Origin: Eledone cirrhosa
Lineage: Eukaryota
Assembly: GCA_964016885.1 (NCBI GenBank)
Contig: OZ024741.1
Span: 140,492,001-140,556,000 of the forward strand
DNA length: 64,000 nucleotides
Direction: 5' to 3'
Shown here one piece after another: positions 52,867 through 64,000 of this stretch. A program made the position numbers and the translations under genes. A model generated the notes under the pieces. The model was not told where the DNA came from and searched no databases. It was given only the letters and a program-made list of their open reading frames with translations. Within the stretch, counting starts at the first letter, position 1. Every line of letters begins with the position of its first letter.

Positions 52867-53006
52867 GACGAACCCACAACATACACACGTCAACATACAT
52901 ACCTACATCAGCACACATCTCTACCCACATATAAACACAATGACATACGTAAACACACATGCTCTATGGTGCAACACAAAAAAATATATGTGCATATATA
53001 TATGTA

Positions 53007-53044
<38 letters not shown>

Positions 53045-53404
53045 GTGAATATATGTATGTGTATATATATATAGTGAATATCATTTCACACCCTTTTTTT
53101 GTTAAGATTGTTGATGTTCTATTAAGAGAACCAATTTTACTGAAAAAATCGAATAATGTACACCATTTTACCAGGGGGAAAAAAATACTGGTCCACCCAC
53201 ACACACACACACATATATATATATACACACACACATACACACGCGTACATCAACATACAAAGAGACTTATATACACACACACACACACACGCACTTCTCC
53301 GTATAAGACAAAAGCTGAAAAATATCTTTTGACATGCTAAAATACCTCCCATTGCTTTCAGACACATTCTTACTGACCATCCTTGCCACCACGAATTACT
53401 CTGC

Positions 53405-53487
<83 letters not shown>

Positions 53488-53556
53488 ATCTTAATAGCCA
53501 TTTGACACACATCGCTGCTAACCATTATCACAACATCGAACACCTTACTACTACTA

Positions 53557-53608
<52 letters not shown>

Positions 53609-54069
53609 TGTTGTGAAAGAGTCATTTCTCAATCTTGGCGCAAAACCAATTTTTTATTCACATGACCTCTACCCACCAATCCAAAATTGTTTTGACCACA
53701 AGAGTTTTTGCTGGAGCCACTTTTTTAACATAAAAACAGTCTTGGCGCAAAATCTATTTTTTGACATTCACATGACCTCTACCGACCAATCAAAATTGCA
53801 CTTTTTTAACATAAAAACAGGTAGAATTCCCAAAACTAATCAGATCAGAGCAAACAGCACGGACACTCTATCTCAAAATTATTTTTGAAAAGCATTTAGA
53901 AATGCGCAACCGGTAAAAACTTAAAAACTTAAAACCACAACTGAATACTAACCCATACTAATACTCTTTTATTCCTAATTAAACCATTTTTCAACTGTGA
54001 ACAATTTGTCAGCATTTTCTGTTCCGTTTACCAATATATAATAACTTGTGTGTTACACCTCTATTCTTT

Positions 54070-54155
<86 letters not shown>

Positions 54156-54234
54156 TTATTTAATTTGCTTGAAATCCAAAAATTATAGATGTTTACAACT
54201 GATTCAGAGCACTCGACAATTTCTGGAGTAAGAT

Positions 54235-56344
54235 TTCAATGATATTAAATAAATGGAAACTATATTTATAAAACCATATTTATTCTATTATATATATTTC
54301 AAGGGTACCTAAAATGTTGGTACGCTATCATCAGATAAAATACAAAATGTTTCGTAAATATTTGACATGACCAAGGACCTTAACGGTTCAAGTTATCCCT
54401 GGAAAGTGGAGGGAAGAGAGAAGAAAAGTCAGATATTTCAAATTATCAATATGAGTATGCAAATGATGTGTATATTAAATGGCTGAAAAAAATTTATTTT
54501 AGACGCTATGGAAAATTTAAATATTTATGATACATAAAAACATAGTTTACAAATGTACAGTTAAAACTGGTGATAATATATTCAACTATGTCGGTGCCAC
54601 TTCTACAGAATTTAAACTTCGCTGGAATAACCACAATTGTTGTTTTAGAAGATCTGACAAAAAATATTCTACTACCCTCTCACATCTTATATGGAACTTT
54701 AAAAGCAGGAATATAGACTATACACTATCTTGGAAAACGATTTCGAAAGCACATGCTTACCGAAACACGGCCTTATGTAGATTATGTAAATTATTTATTG
54801 AAGAAATTTTTTATATAATTAATTGTAAAAACTTTATTAACCTTATAACAGAAATATTTAGTTGTTGCAGACATCGCCAAAATTCTACATTCAGAACTAT
54901 ATGTAACTTATAATATACTTATAATATTCCTATTAATCTCCAAAATGATCTTATCTGCTCTAACATTTTATATTTGTAATGCTTTTAATATATTAATATC
55001 TCTAAATCATATCTTTAACATTTCTTATAATATATATATACGTGTGTATGTATAGATATTTATATATGTTTATGTACTTCTACATTATATACTTCTATAT
55101 AATTATAATTTTAATTTTAATTTTAATTTTAATTTAAATTCTTTTAAATTCTTTAATTCTTTTTTCTTAATTTTTTATTTTTCTAATGACAACCTCTAAA
55201 GCTAAATTTTAAATATAGATTAATAACCATTAACTGTTTTTACTAAAATGTATCCTATTCAGGATGATGTTTAAATATTCATATTTCTTTAGAATAAATA
55301 ATTAATCCTACACTAGCGATTAATAAAAAAAATTGGAGTTATCTTTCCTTCTTTCAATCATAAACACTTTTTATACATAACTGCGTTAATTCAACCTTAT
55401 AAATTGTAACTACCTATTTATTTACATAAAATCAACATCCCTAGTGACTTATATTAGGAACAAACACCCATATATATTTTATTTATTTATAAATCAACAT
55501 CCCTCGAAACTCATATTATAAACAAACTATCCTTTTAATAAAAAAAACACATATGCTTTTATAAAAATATATATATAGATATTTGATATTTATATATTAT
55601 TATAATAGGGTAAATAATTCTCCATATAAATATAGACAAATGTCTGAATATATTTTCCCTAAATTAACGTTCAAGTGGTCTTCCTTTCCTCCTTCTTTAA
55701 CAATTTTAGTTTGATATAGTTTCGTTAAATTAACAATATTCTGCAAACATTCTCAGTGTTGAAAATGTTTGTATCCACAAATTATTCTAATTTTCACAAC
55801 TTGAAAATAAAATGTTTAACATCCTTCGTAACTCATATTTGTTTATATAAACAATCAATGCATACGCAACTTATTAATATATACAGAGATATTAATATAC
55901 AGATAACCTATCCTAATTTAATAAGATAAAAATACTTACAACCATAATTCTTCATATAATTTTATAACTCATAATATAGGTAACAAAAATCTTTTCCCCC
56001 CAAATTAACGTTATTCTTTTATCTTTCTCTTCCTTCCTTATCATAATTATTTAAATATTCCATAGCGTCTAAAATAACGTTTTTTCAGCCCTTCAATATG
56101 CACATCATTTGCATACTGATATTAATAATTTGAAATATCTGACTTTTCTTCTCTCTTCCCTTCACTTTAGGGGGATAACTTGAACCGTTAAGGTATATTA
56201 TCCTTGGCCATGTCGAATATTTATAAAATATTTTGTATTGTATCTGATGATAGCGTACGAAAATGTTTGGTACCCTTGAAATATATATTAATAGAATAAA
56301 TATGGATTTATAAATATAGTTTCCATTTATTCAATATCATTGAA
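54235..56344 (+). mobile_element. Naiad-type Penelope-like 3' fragment with inverted pseudo-LTRs carrying hammerheads (family B)
   Basis: GIY-YIG ORF 54527-54913 (NIVYKCTV..YVGATSTEFKLRWNNH..STTLSHLIW..CRLCKL..CCRH). Arms 54235-54530 and 56039-56344 are inverted. CTGATGA occurs at 56244 (plus) and 54328-54334 (minus), each followed by GAAATATATAT. Confidence 0.88.
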
Positions 56345-56583
56345 TTATATATATATATATATGTATGTAAGTGTGGATGTAGGTATGTAGTTGTGTAAAT
56401 ATATTTATGCAAGTATCTACCCTTCTTGTTTTGATGTTTTTGTGTACGAATAATTAGTATCACTCATACATACATATGAATATATTTTAACATATGCCCT
56501 CACACATGCACCCACATGCACACACACACACACACAAACATATATATATATTTCTTCATATATATATATATATATATATATAT

Positions 56584-56909
<326 letters not shown>

Positions 56910-56910
56910 C

Positions 56911-56983
<73 letters not shown>

Positions 56984-57298
56984 ACACTTGAAGGTAATAT
57001 GTATATATATATATATATATATACACACATAGACAAATACATACGCTTAAATATACACACAGTGATGGTCCATATAATAGTCAGAAGATCACTCTATATA
57101 TACAAACATATGCTTGTATATAATCAAATAGTATACATGAGTCAAGTCGTGAAGTTACACATACATGCATAGACATATTTTCACACAACAATACATATAT
57201 GGTGAGAGAGGGAGAACACATCATAAATATAGTTGAACTCAAACATATATATACACATGCAAATATGAATCATGTATAGATATATTCATAAAATTCCC

Positions 57299-57366
<68 letters not shown>

Positions 57367-57506
57367 GTATATATATATGTAGGAGGTGAGTTTTATTGTA
57401 GTACAATAAAGCAAGGCAGATATCGGATAAGAAGCACTCTACACTTTGTAGGACTGGAGTATATATAATATATAAGAACAAAAGATGGTTAAAAGAGTTC
57501 CATGTA

Positions 57507-57573
57507 TTTTATTATGCGCATTTCAAAAACAAATATCATCATGCAATAACATTTGTGTTTTCATCAGATAAAA
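57507..57573 (-). ncRNA. Minimal type I hammerhead motif in PLE pseudo-LTR
   Basis: Reverse complement of 62125-62191. Confidence 0.78.
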
Positions 57574-57939
57574 CAGGAAGACATGATATGAAGGTTAAAA
57601 AACACTTGTGGATAGTGCAGTTTTAAATCAACATATGAAAAGTAGTTTTAGATTGATGTGTGATATTTGGAAAAAAAAAATTATTTTGGGGGTGGGGGGT
57701 CGAAAGGATAAAAAAGAGGAGGAGATGAGAGTAAAAAGTGGAGAGGGAGGAGTATAATGAGGAAGGATGAGATAGGAGGAAAGATGGCTGATAGATAGAG
57801 AGAGATAGCTTTTATTACTGAGAAAGATATATTGTTTTACATAGAGAGGTTGAAAACCGTTGGAAGATAATGTATAAATTAAAAGAATTTGAAAATTAAC
57901 GAAGAGAAAAATAATGTAAAGTTAAGGTTTGTATATTGA

Positions 57940-58110
57940 AGGGTTTAATAATATGTGCGACGAAAAGAAAATGTTAATATGTATTAAGAATAATATTTAA
58001 GGGTTTAATAATATGTGCGATGGAAAGAAAAAGTGAATATGTATTAAGAATAATATTTAAGGGTTTAATAATATGTGCGATGGAAAGAAAATGTTGATAT
58101 GTATTATTAA
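57940..58110. repeat. ~60 bp minisatellite x3 in the PLE 3' UTR (mirrored at ~61590-61760)
   Basis: Units of aagggtttaataatatgtgcga(c/t)g(a/g)aaagaaaa.gt.aatatgtattaagaataatattt. Confidence 0.85.
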
Positions 58111-61100
58111 AAAGAACAACATGTAATTTAAGTAAGGATATATTGTGGGATGAGCATGAATGAGTTAGATGAAAGGGAGAAAGAATAATGAATTGAGGAT
58201 GAATAATCTAACGTCAAAAAAATGTTTATGTTTACGAAGGATTTTTAGAAGGTGATATAGAGTAAGAATGTATTGTATTATGTAATAATTGATTCTATGT
58301 TAGGCAACAGTGAGAAAAGGTACATATTAGGGGTTATACATTAAAAGAAAAAGAGAAGAAAGGGAAGTGATAAATAGGAGCGATATAGAATGGTTAACAA
58401 GTATTATAGAATGAGTAACAAGTATTATATAATGTATAATAAAAACTTTGAAATAAGGTAGAAAGATGGGTATATTTTTAAAGAAGTGTATATATATATA
58501 TGCCTTTGAGAAAAAGATTCTAAATTGATAAGGTTTTTGGATATTAGCTGTATACTTTGTGGAATGTTTTGTGGAATTTATGCAAGCAGATAGAAAACAA
58601 GTCAGTGCGTCTATTTATTATATCTAAATTAGATATAATGGTAAATTTTTCATTTAGACAGAGATTGCAAATCTTGGATAGAGAACTGTTCAAGTATGGA
58701 GACGCAGAAGAAACCTTCTTCCAAAAGATGCTATATTTAATATTTTTGTCTTTCAAGGACCATATGAGTTCTGAAAGAGCTGTGTTGGTGCTTTTAAGTT
58801 TGTATTTAAAAGACGAATGATGGTTATAAAGACGAGCTTTAAAGGAGGTGGAAGTGGAGCCAAAATAGGTGAAGCAATTGGTGTCAGTTATAACTTTACA
58901 TTCGTAAATTAAGTTTTTATCAAGACAATGGTTGTTGAGAGGACATTTATTTTTGACAGGGCAACTGCAATTGCGATTAGAGAGATTATTAATGAGTGAC
59001 CTAGTGTTATCTATAGAAGGAATTGGATTGTTGAAGTTATTTGCGATAGGAATAATAGTTTCTTGATTTAGAATGGGATTAAGAACATTTAGCGAAGTTG
59101 TGTTTGACGTTGTATTTGGGTTTGCAGAAATTAGCCTAGGGTTTACAATGACGTCGGGAGTACTATTACTATTATTATGATATTCAGTTTTGGAAGGAAG
59201 AGATTTAGTATTTAGTATTTTATTGTTGTGTTTAGAGATAATGTTGGAAAGGTTGGAGGTTGTAGAATAAGAAAATGTTATAGTGTGTTTGTTAAATATT
59301 TTACTATAGATATGTGAGGGAGGGAAGCATTTATTTAAGGCACTAAAGAATAATTTAGGAATATTACTATTAATAGAGATGGAGAAAGGAGCATTATACC
59401 AGATTATTTTTTTGTATCTAGGTCTTTTATTAAAGTTATTGGAATGATCATGATTAATTATTCTACTGTAAGATCTTCTAGAATGTGTTTCTTTACTATA
59501 TTTGATTTTATCAGGATTGCCGGCTTTAGAAAGCGCGTTATTATAGTAATTGGCGTTAGCATCAAAGATCTTTTATTAGAAGAAAGGTTAGATATTCTTT
59601 TTCCAATATTACTAACTATAGCATTCTTGATATTAGTAGGATCGTTAGATTTAAAATTAACATAATTTAGGTTCTCATTGTTTTTATGGTAAGGGTAATA
59701 TAGGCCAGTGTCAAGATTAAGAGATACATCCAGGAAATTAGCTAGTTTGATGATGTTACCAAATTCAATTTTTAGGTTATGTTGGGTAAAGAGATTACGT
59801 ATATTGTTCTTAATAATATTAAGGTTAACTATGTTGCAATTTAAGATAGTAAAGAGTCCATCGTCACGATAAATTCCACCGCGAAGTTGAGGAATTGTCC
59901 GACTCAAAGAGTTCAAAATAAAGATACCAATTAAATCTGTCAATTGGGATGAATCGGATGCTCCCATTGTGATGTCGAAGTTGTTAGAGGTATCGGCTAT
60001 TACCCTTACCACAAAAACAATGAGAACCTAAATTATGTTAATTTTAAATCTAACCATCCTACTAATATCAAGAATGCTATAGTTAGTAATATTGGAAAAA
60101 AATATCTAACCTATCTTCTAATAAAAACATCTTTCATGCTATCACCAATTATTATAATAACGCGCTTTCTAAAGCCGGCTATCCTGATAAAATCAAATAT
60201 AGTAAAGAAACACATTCTAGAAGATCTTACAGTAGAATAATTAATCATGATCATTCCAATAACTTTAATAAAAGACCTAGATACAAAAACATAATCTGGT
60301 ATAATGCTCCTTTCTCCATATCTATTAATAATAATATTCCTAAATTATTCTTTAGTGCCTTAAATAAATGCTTCCCTCCCTCACATATCTATAGTAAAAT
60401 ATTTAACAAACACACTATAAAATTTTCTTATTCTACATCCTGCAACATTTCCAACATTATCTCTAAACACAACAATAAAATACTAAATACTAAATCTCTT
60501 CCTTCCAACACTGAATATCATAATAATAGTAATAGTACTCCCGACGTCATTGTAAACCCTAGGCTAATTTCTGCAAACCCAAATACAACGTCAAACACAA
60601 CTTCGCTAAATGTTCTTAATCCCATTCTAAATCAAGAAACTATTATTCCTATCGCAAATAACTTCAACAATCCAATTCCTTCTATAGATAACACTAGGTC
60701 ACTCATTAATAATCTCTCTAATCGCAATTGCAATTGCCCTGTCAAAAATAAATGTCCTCTCAACAACCATTGTCTTGATAAAAACTTAATTTACGAATGT
60801 AAAGTTATAACAGACACCAATTCCTTCACCTATTTTGGCTCCACTTCCACCTCCTTTAAAGCTTGTCTTTATAACCATCATTCGTCTTTTAAATACAAAC
60901 TTAAAAGAACCAACACAGCTCTCTCAGAACTCATATGGTCCTTGAAAGACAAAAATATTAAATATACCACCTTTTGGAAGAAGGTTTCTTCTGCGTCTCC
61001 ATACTTGAACAGTTCTCTATCCAAGATTTGCAATCTCTGTCTAAATGAAAAATTTACTATTATATCTAATTTAGATTCTATAATAAATAGACGCACTGAC

Positions 61101-62124
61101 TTGTTTTCTATCTGCTTGCATAAATTCCACAAAACATTCCACAAAGTATACAGCTAATATCCAAAACCTTATCAATTTAGAATCTTTTTCTCAAAGGCAT
61201 ATATATATACACTTCTTTAAAAATATACCCATTTTTCTACCTTATTTCAAAGTGTTTATTATACATTATATAATACTTGTTACTCATTCTATAATACTTG
61301 TTACCCATTCTATATCGCTCCTATTTATCACTTCCCTTTCTTCTCTTTTTCTTTTAACGTCTAACCCCTAATCTGTACCTTTTCTCACTGTTGCCTGACA
61401 TAGAATCAATTATTACATAATACAATACATTCTTACTCTATATCACCTTCTAAAAATCCTTCGTAAACTTAAACATTTTTTGACGTTAGATTATTCATCC
61501 TCAATTCATTATTCTTTACTCCCTTTCATCTAACTCATTCATGGTCATCCCACAATATATCCTTACTTAAATTACCTGTTGTTCTTTTTAATAATACATA
61601 TCAACATTTTCCTTCCATCGCACATATTATTAAACCCTTAAATATTATTCTTAATACATATTAACTTTTTCTTTCCATCACACATATTATTAAACCCTTA
61701 AATATTATTCTTAATACATATTAACATTTTCTTTTCATCGCACATATTATTAAACCCTTCAATATACAAACCTTAACTTTACATTATTTTTCTCTTCGTT
61801 AATTTTCAAATTCTTTTAATTCATACGTTATCTTCCAACGGTTTTCAACCTCTTTATGTAAAACAATATATCTTTCTCAGTTATAAGAGCTACCTCTCTC
61901 TCTCTATCAGCCATCTCTCCTCCTATCTCATCCTTCCTCATTATACTCCTCCCTCTCCACATTTTACTCTCATCTCCTCCTCTTTTTCATCCTTTCCACC
62001 CCCCACCCCTCAAAATAAATTTTTTTTTCAAATATCACACATCAATCTAAAACTACTTTTCATATGTTGATTTAAAACTGCACTATCCACAAGTGTTTTT
62101 TAACCTTCATATCATGTCTTCCTG

Positions 62125-62191
62125 TTTTATCTGATGAAAACACAAATGTTATTGCATGATGATATTTGTTTTTGAAATGCGCATAATAAAA
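62125..62191 (+). ncRNA. Minimal type I hammerhead motif in PLE pseudo-LTR
   Basis: ttttat-CTGATGA(62131)-aaacacaaatgttatt-gcat-gatgatatttgttttt-GAAA(62174)-tgcgc-ATA-ataaaa, with palindromic tgcgca in stem III. Confidence 0.8.
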
Positions 62192-62223
62192 TACATGGAA
62201 CTCTTTTAAACATCTTTTGGTCT

Positions 62224-62252
<29 letters not shown>

Positions 62253-62254
<2 letters not shown>

Positions 62255-62917
62255 AAAACAAATAACGAAACGAAATTAAATTTCGCTTCGTTTGTAACTC
62301 ACTTTTGTATGACTGACGCTTAAACAATTAAGTTAAAAATGTACATCCACATATGTATACTGAAATATTAGTATGCATATAAATACACACACGTGTACAT
62401 ATGTAGATGTACCGAGTTTTTCACTGGTCACCTTACTGTGAGTGTTCAGCTATTCTGTATGTAAACACACAGACAAACCAGTTTTTAGAGTCATACTGGT
62501 TTTAATTTCGTTTCGTTATTTGTTTTTATCGTCTCCGCTGAACCGGTACGTACTCACGCTCTATGCAAATTAGTCTGCCCACTACTAATTTTCATAGAAA
62601 AAGCATATAACGATATGTGCTTTTACGATTCTCTAGAAAGGCCGGAATAGGTAAATATTGCTGATGAGATGTAACAACATCGAAACTAGTCCAATGTTCC
62701 TGTCTGGCTTTCTGGAGAATAGAGGAAAGTTGGTTCCTCGAAAACCAGTATGACTCTAAAAAACGGTTTGTCTGTGTGTTTACATACAGAATAGCTGAAC
62801 ACTCACAGTAAAGTGTCCAGTGAAAAACTTGGTACATCTACATATGTACACGTGTGTGTATTCATATGCATACTAATATTTCAGTATACATATGGGGATG
62901 TACATTTTTAACTTAAT

Positions 62918-62920
<3 letters not shown>
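62253..62920 (+). mobile_element. Retrozyme-like non-coding element (family C), A'..B'-A-core-B layout
   Basis: 62253-62281 is the reverse complement of ~62501-62529, and 62323-62502 is the reverse complement of 62742-62918. The core has an octamer at 62563-62570, a hairpin and a hammerhead. It is TA-flanked on both sides. Confidence 0.75.
62655..62697 (+). ncRNA. Minimal type I hammerhead ribozyme motif
   Basis: atattg-CTGATGA-gatgt-aaca-acatc-GAAA-cta-GTC-caatgt: perfect 5 bp stem II, palindromic actagt stem III and a GUC triplet. Confidence 0.87.
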
Positions 62921-62962
<42 letters not shown>

Positions 62963-62996
62963 ATGTATATATGTATGTATATATGTATATATATAT

Positions 62997-63333
62997 ATAT
63001 TGTTATACTTTGGGAGGGTCATGTTGCCAATAAGAAACAGACGCACCAGTTGTGTGTGGTGACACAACACACACACAGAAACAAGATGGCGTACGACAGA
63101 CCAAAGGAGAGGCAAAAAAACAAAGAAAAGAATCCCGTCACAGAAGAGATGACATAATGTGTGACGAAAGAACTGTGACAGTATAGAAACAACCATCTGG
63201 TTGTGGAACCAACCAACCAACCGGAAATTTATAAATTCCTAAATTTATAAATGTATTATAATAAATTGAAGTTAAATACCTGGCGCGTGTGTTTCTTATT
63301 TGCAACATGACCCTCCCAAAGTATAACAATATC
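62997..63333. repeat. Element with ~55 bp terminal inverted repeats
   Basis: atattgttatactttgggagggtcatgttgc.aataagaaaca..ccag and its reverse complement at 63279-63333. Confidence 0.75.
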
Positions 63334-64000
63334 GGTTTCAACACACTTTTTCAGATAAAGAATCTAGCTAAACAAATTCAGAAACGAAATATATATATAT
63401 AAAAATACGTATTTATGAAAGCCACAACAATGCAAAGGGAAATCTCGAGGTAGGAAGTGAAATATAGATAGGAAAAACAGGTGAAAGTGAAAGTTGAGAG
63501 AGACAAAGATGAAAACAAAACAAAGGTAGAAGGGTTACCGTAGTAGAGATTTAATCCCAATATTTCGGGCTCACGCCCATCAACGGGGGAAAAGTTCCAA
63601 AAGGGGGGAAAAACAGGCCAAGCGGAGAAAGTGGTGATGTCGTTAAGACAGGAATGCCGTTATGGGGAGAAAAATATTTAAAATTTAAACGAGGGAAAGA
63701 ATGCGCGTGCGCGTGATAAGCTGTGGCAAAAGCTACTGACCAAATGGGTTAAATCAAGAGGGTGCGTTAGCGTGTGAAAGCCGTAAGATATGTGTATGTA
63801 AATATATATGTGTGAGTGTGTGTGTGTGTGAAAGATAGTGGGCTGTAGAAGTTGGAAATGAAAGGGTGTGAAAGGTGGTAGGTTGTAAAATATGTGTGCG
63901 TGTATAAATATAGATGTGTGTGTGTGTAAGCGTATGGGTATACATGTGTGTGTGTGTAACTGTGTGTGTATATGTGTGAGTGCGTTTGTGTGTGAAAGAT

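Larger units (their letters stand above)
57462..62236. mobile_element. Naiad-type Penelope-like element as a 2.24 kb-arm inverted duplication
   Basis: Arms 57462-59700 and 59998-62236. Minus-strand RT ITMGASDSSQLTDLIG..GGIYRDDGL..ANFLDVSLNL, then CNCPVKNKCPLNNHCLDKNLIYECKV..YFGST..CNLCLNEK..CLHK GIY-YIG in both arms. Confidence 0.92.

Noticed and set aside
57940-58110. Regular 60 bp repeats as a CRISPR-like array
   Set aside because: There are no unique spacers and the context is eukaryotic. This is a minisatellite in a PLE UTR.
58544-61157. Selenoprotein (UGA/SECIS) recoding as described for some Naiad elements
   Set aside because: The Cys positions I read in the GIY-YIG region are ordinary Cys codons, and I could not identify a convincing SECIS by eye.

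Overview
AT-rich, microsatellite-dense animal genomic DNA. The repeat content is typical of an octopod cephalopod (inference from the recurrent tRNA-derived SINE and the TA/CA density). No intact host gene can be supported, and most ORFs in the track are microsatellite artefacts. The window is a nest of decayed mobile elements: a near full-length Helitron Rep/Hel (25.6-29.7 kb) plus other Helitron pieces, a Chapaev3-type DNA transposon (TIRs, TAG TSD) inserted in an R4/Dong-like LINE remnant, Tx1-like and RTE-like LINE 3' ends, at least five Penelope-like (PLE) RT/GIY-YIG fragments (three in fold-back inverted-repeat form), and more than 10 SINE copies. The most notable unlisted signal is a high density of type I hammerhead ribozyme motifs: 16 with both CTGANGA and GAAA cores intact, plus degenerate ones. 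Some lie in PLE pseudo-LTRs. Others lie in small non-coding ~430-460 bp units, three of which share an upstream TATGCAAATT(A/T)G(G/T)CTG octamer box followed by a hairpin and the ribozyme, making a candidate retrozyme-like system with an snRNA-type enhancer motif. A heavily decayed receptor-kinase-like relic may occupy 6.4-9.9 kb. All coordinates were read by eye and ends are approximate unless a terminal motif is cited.
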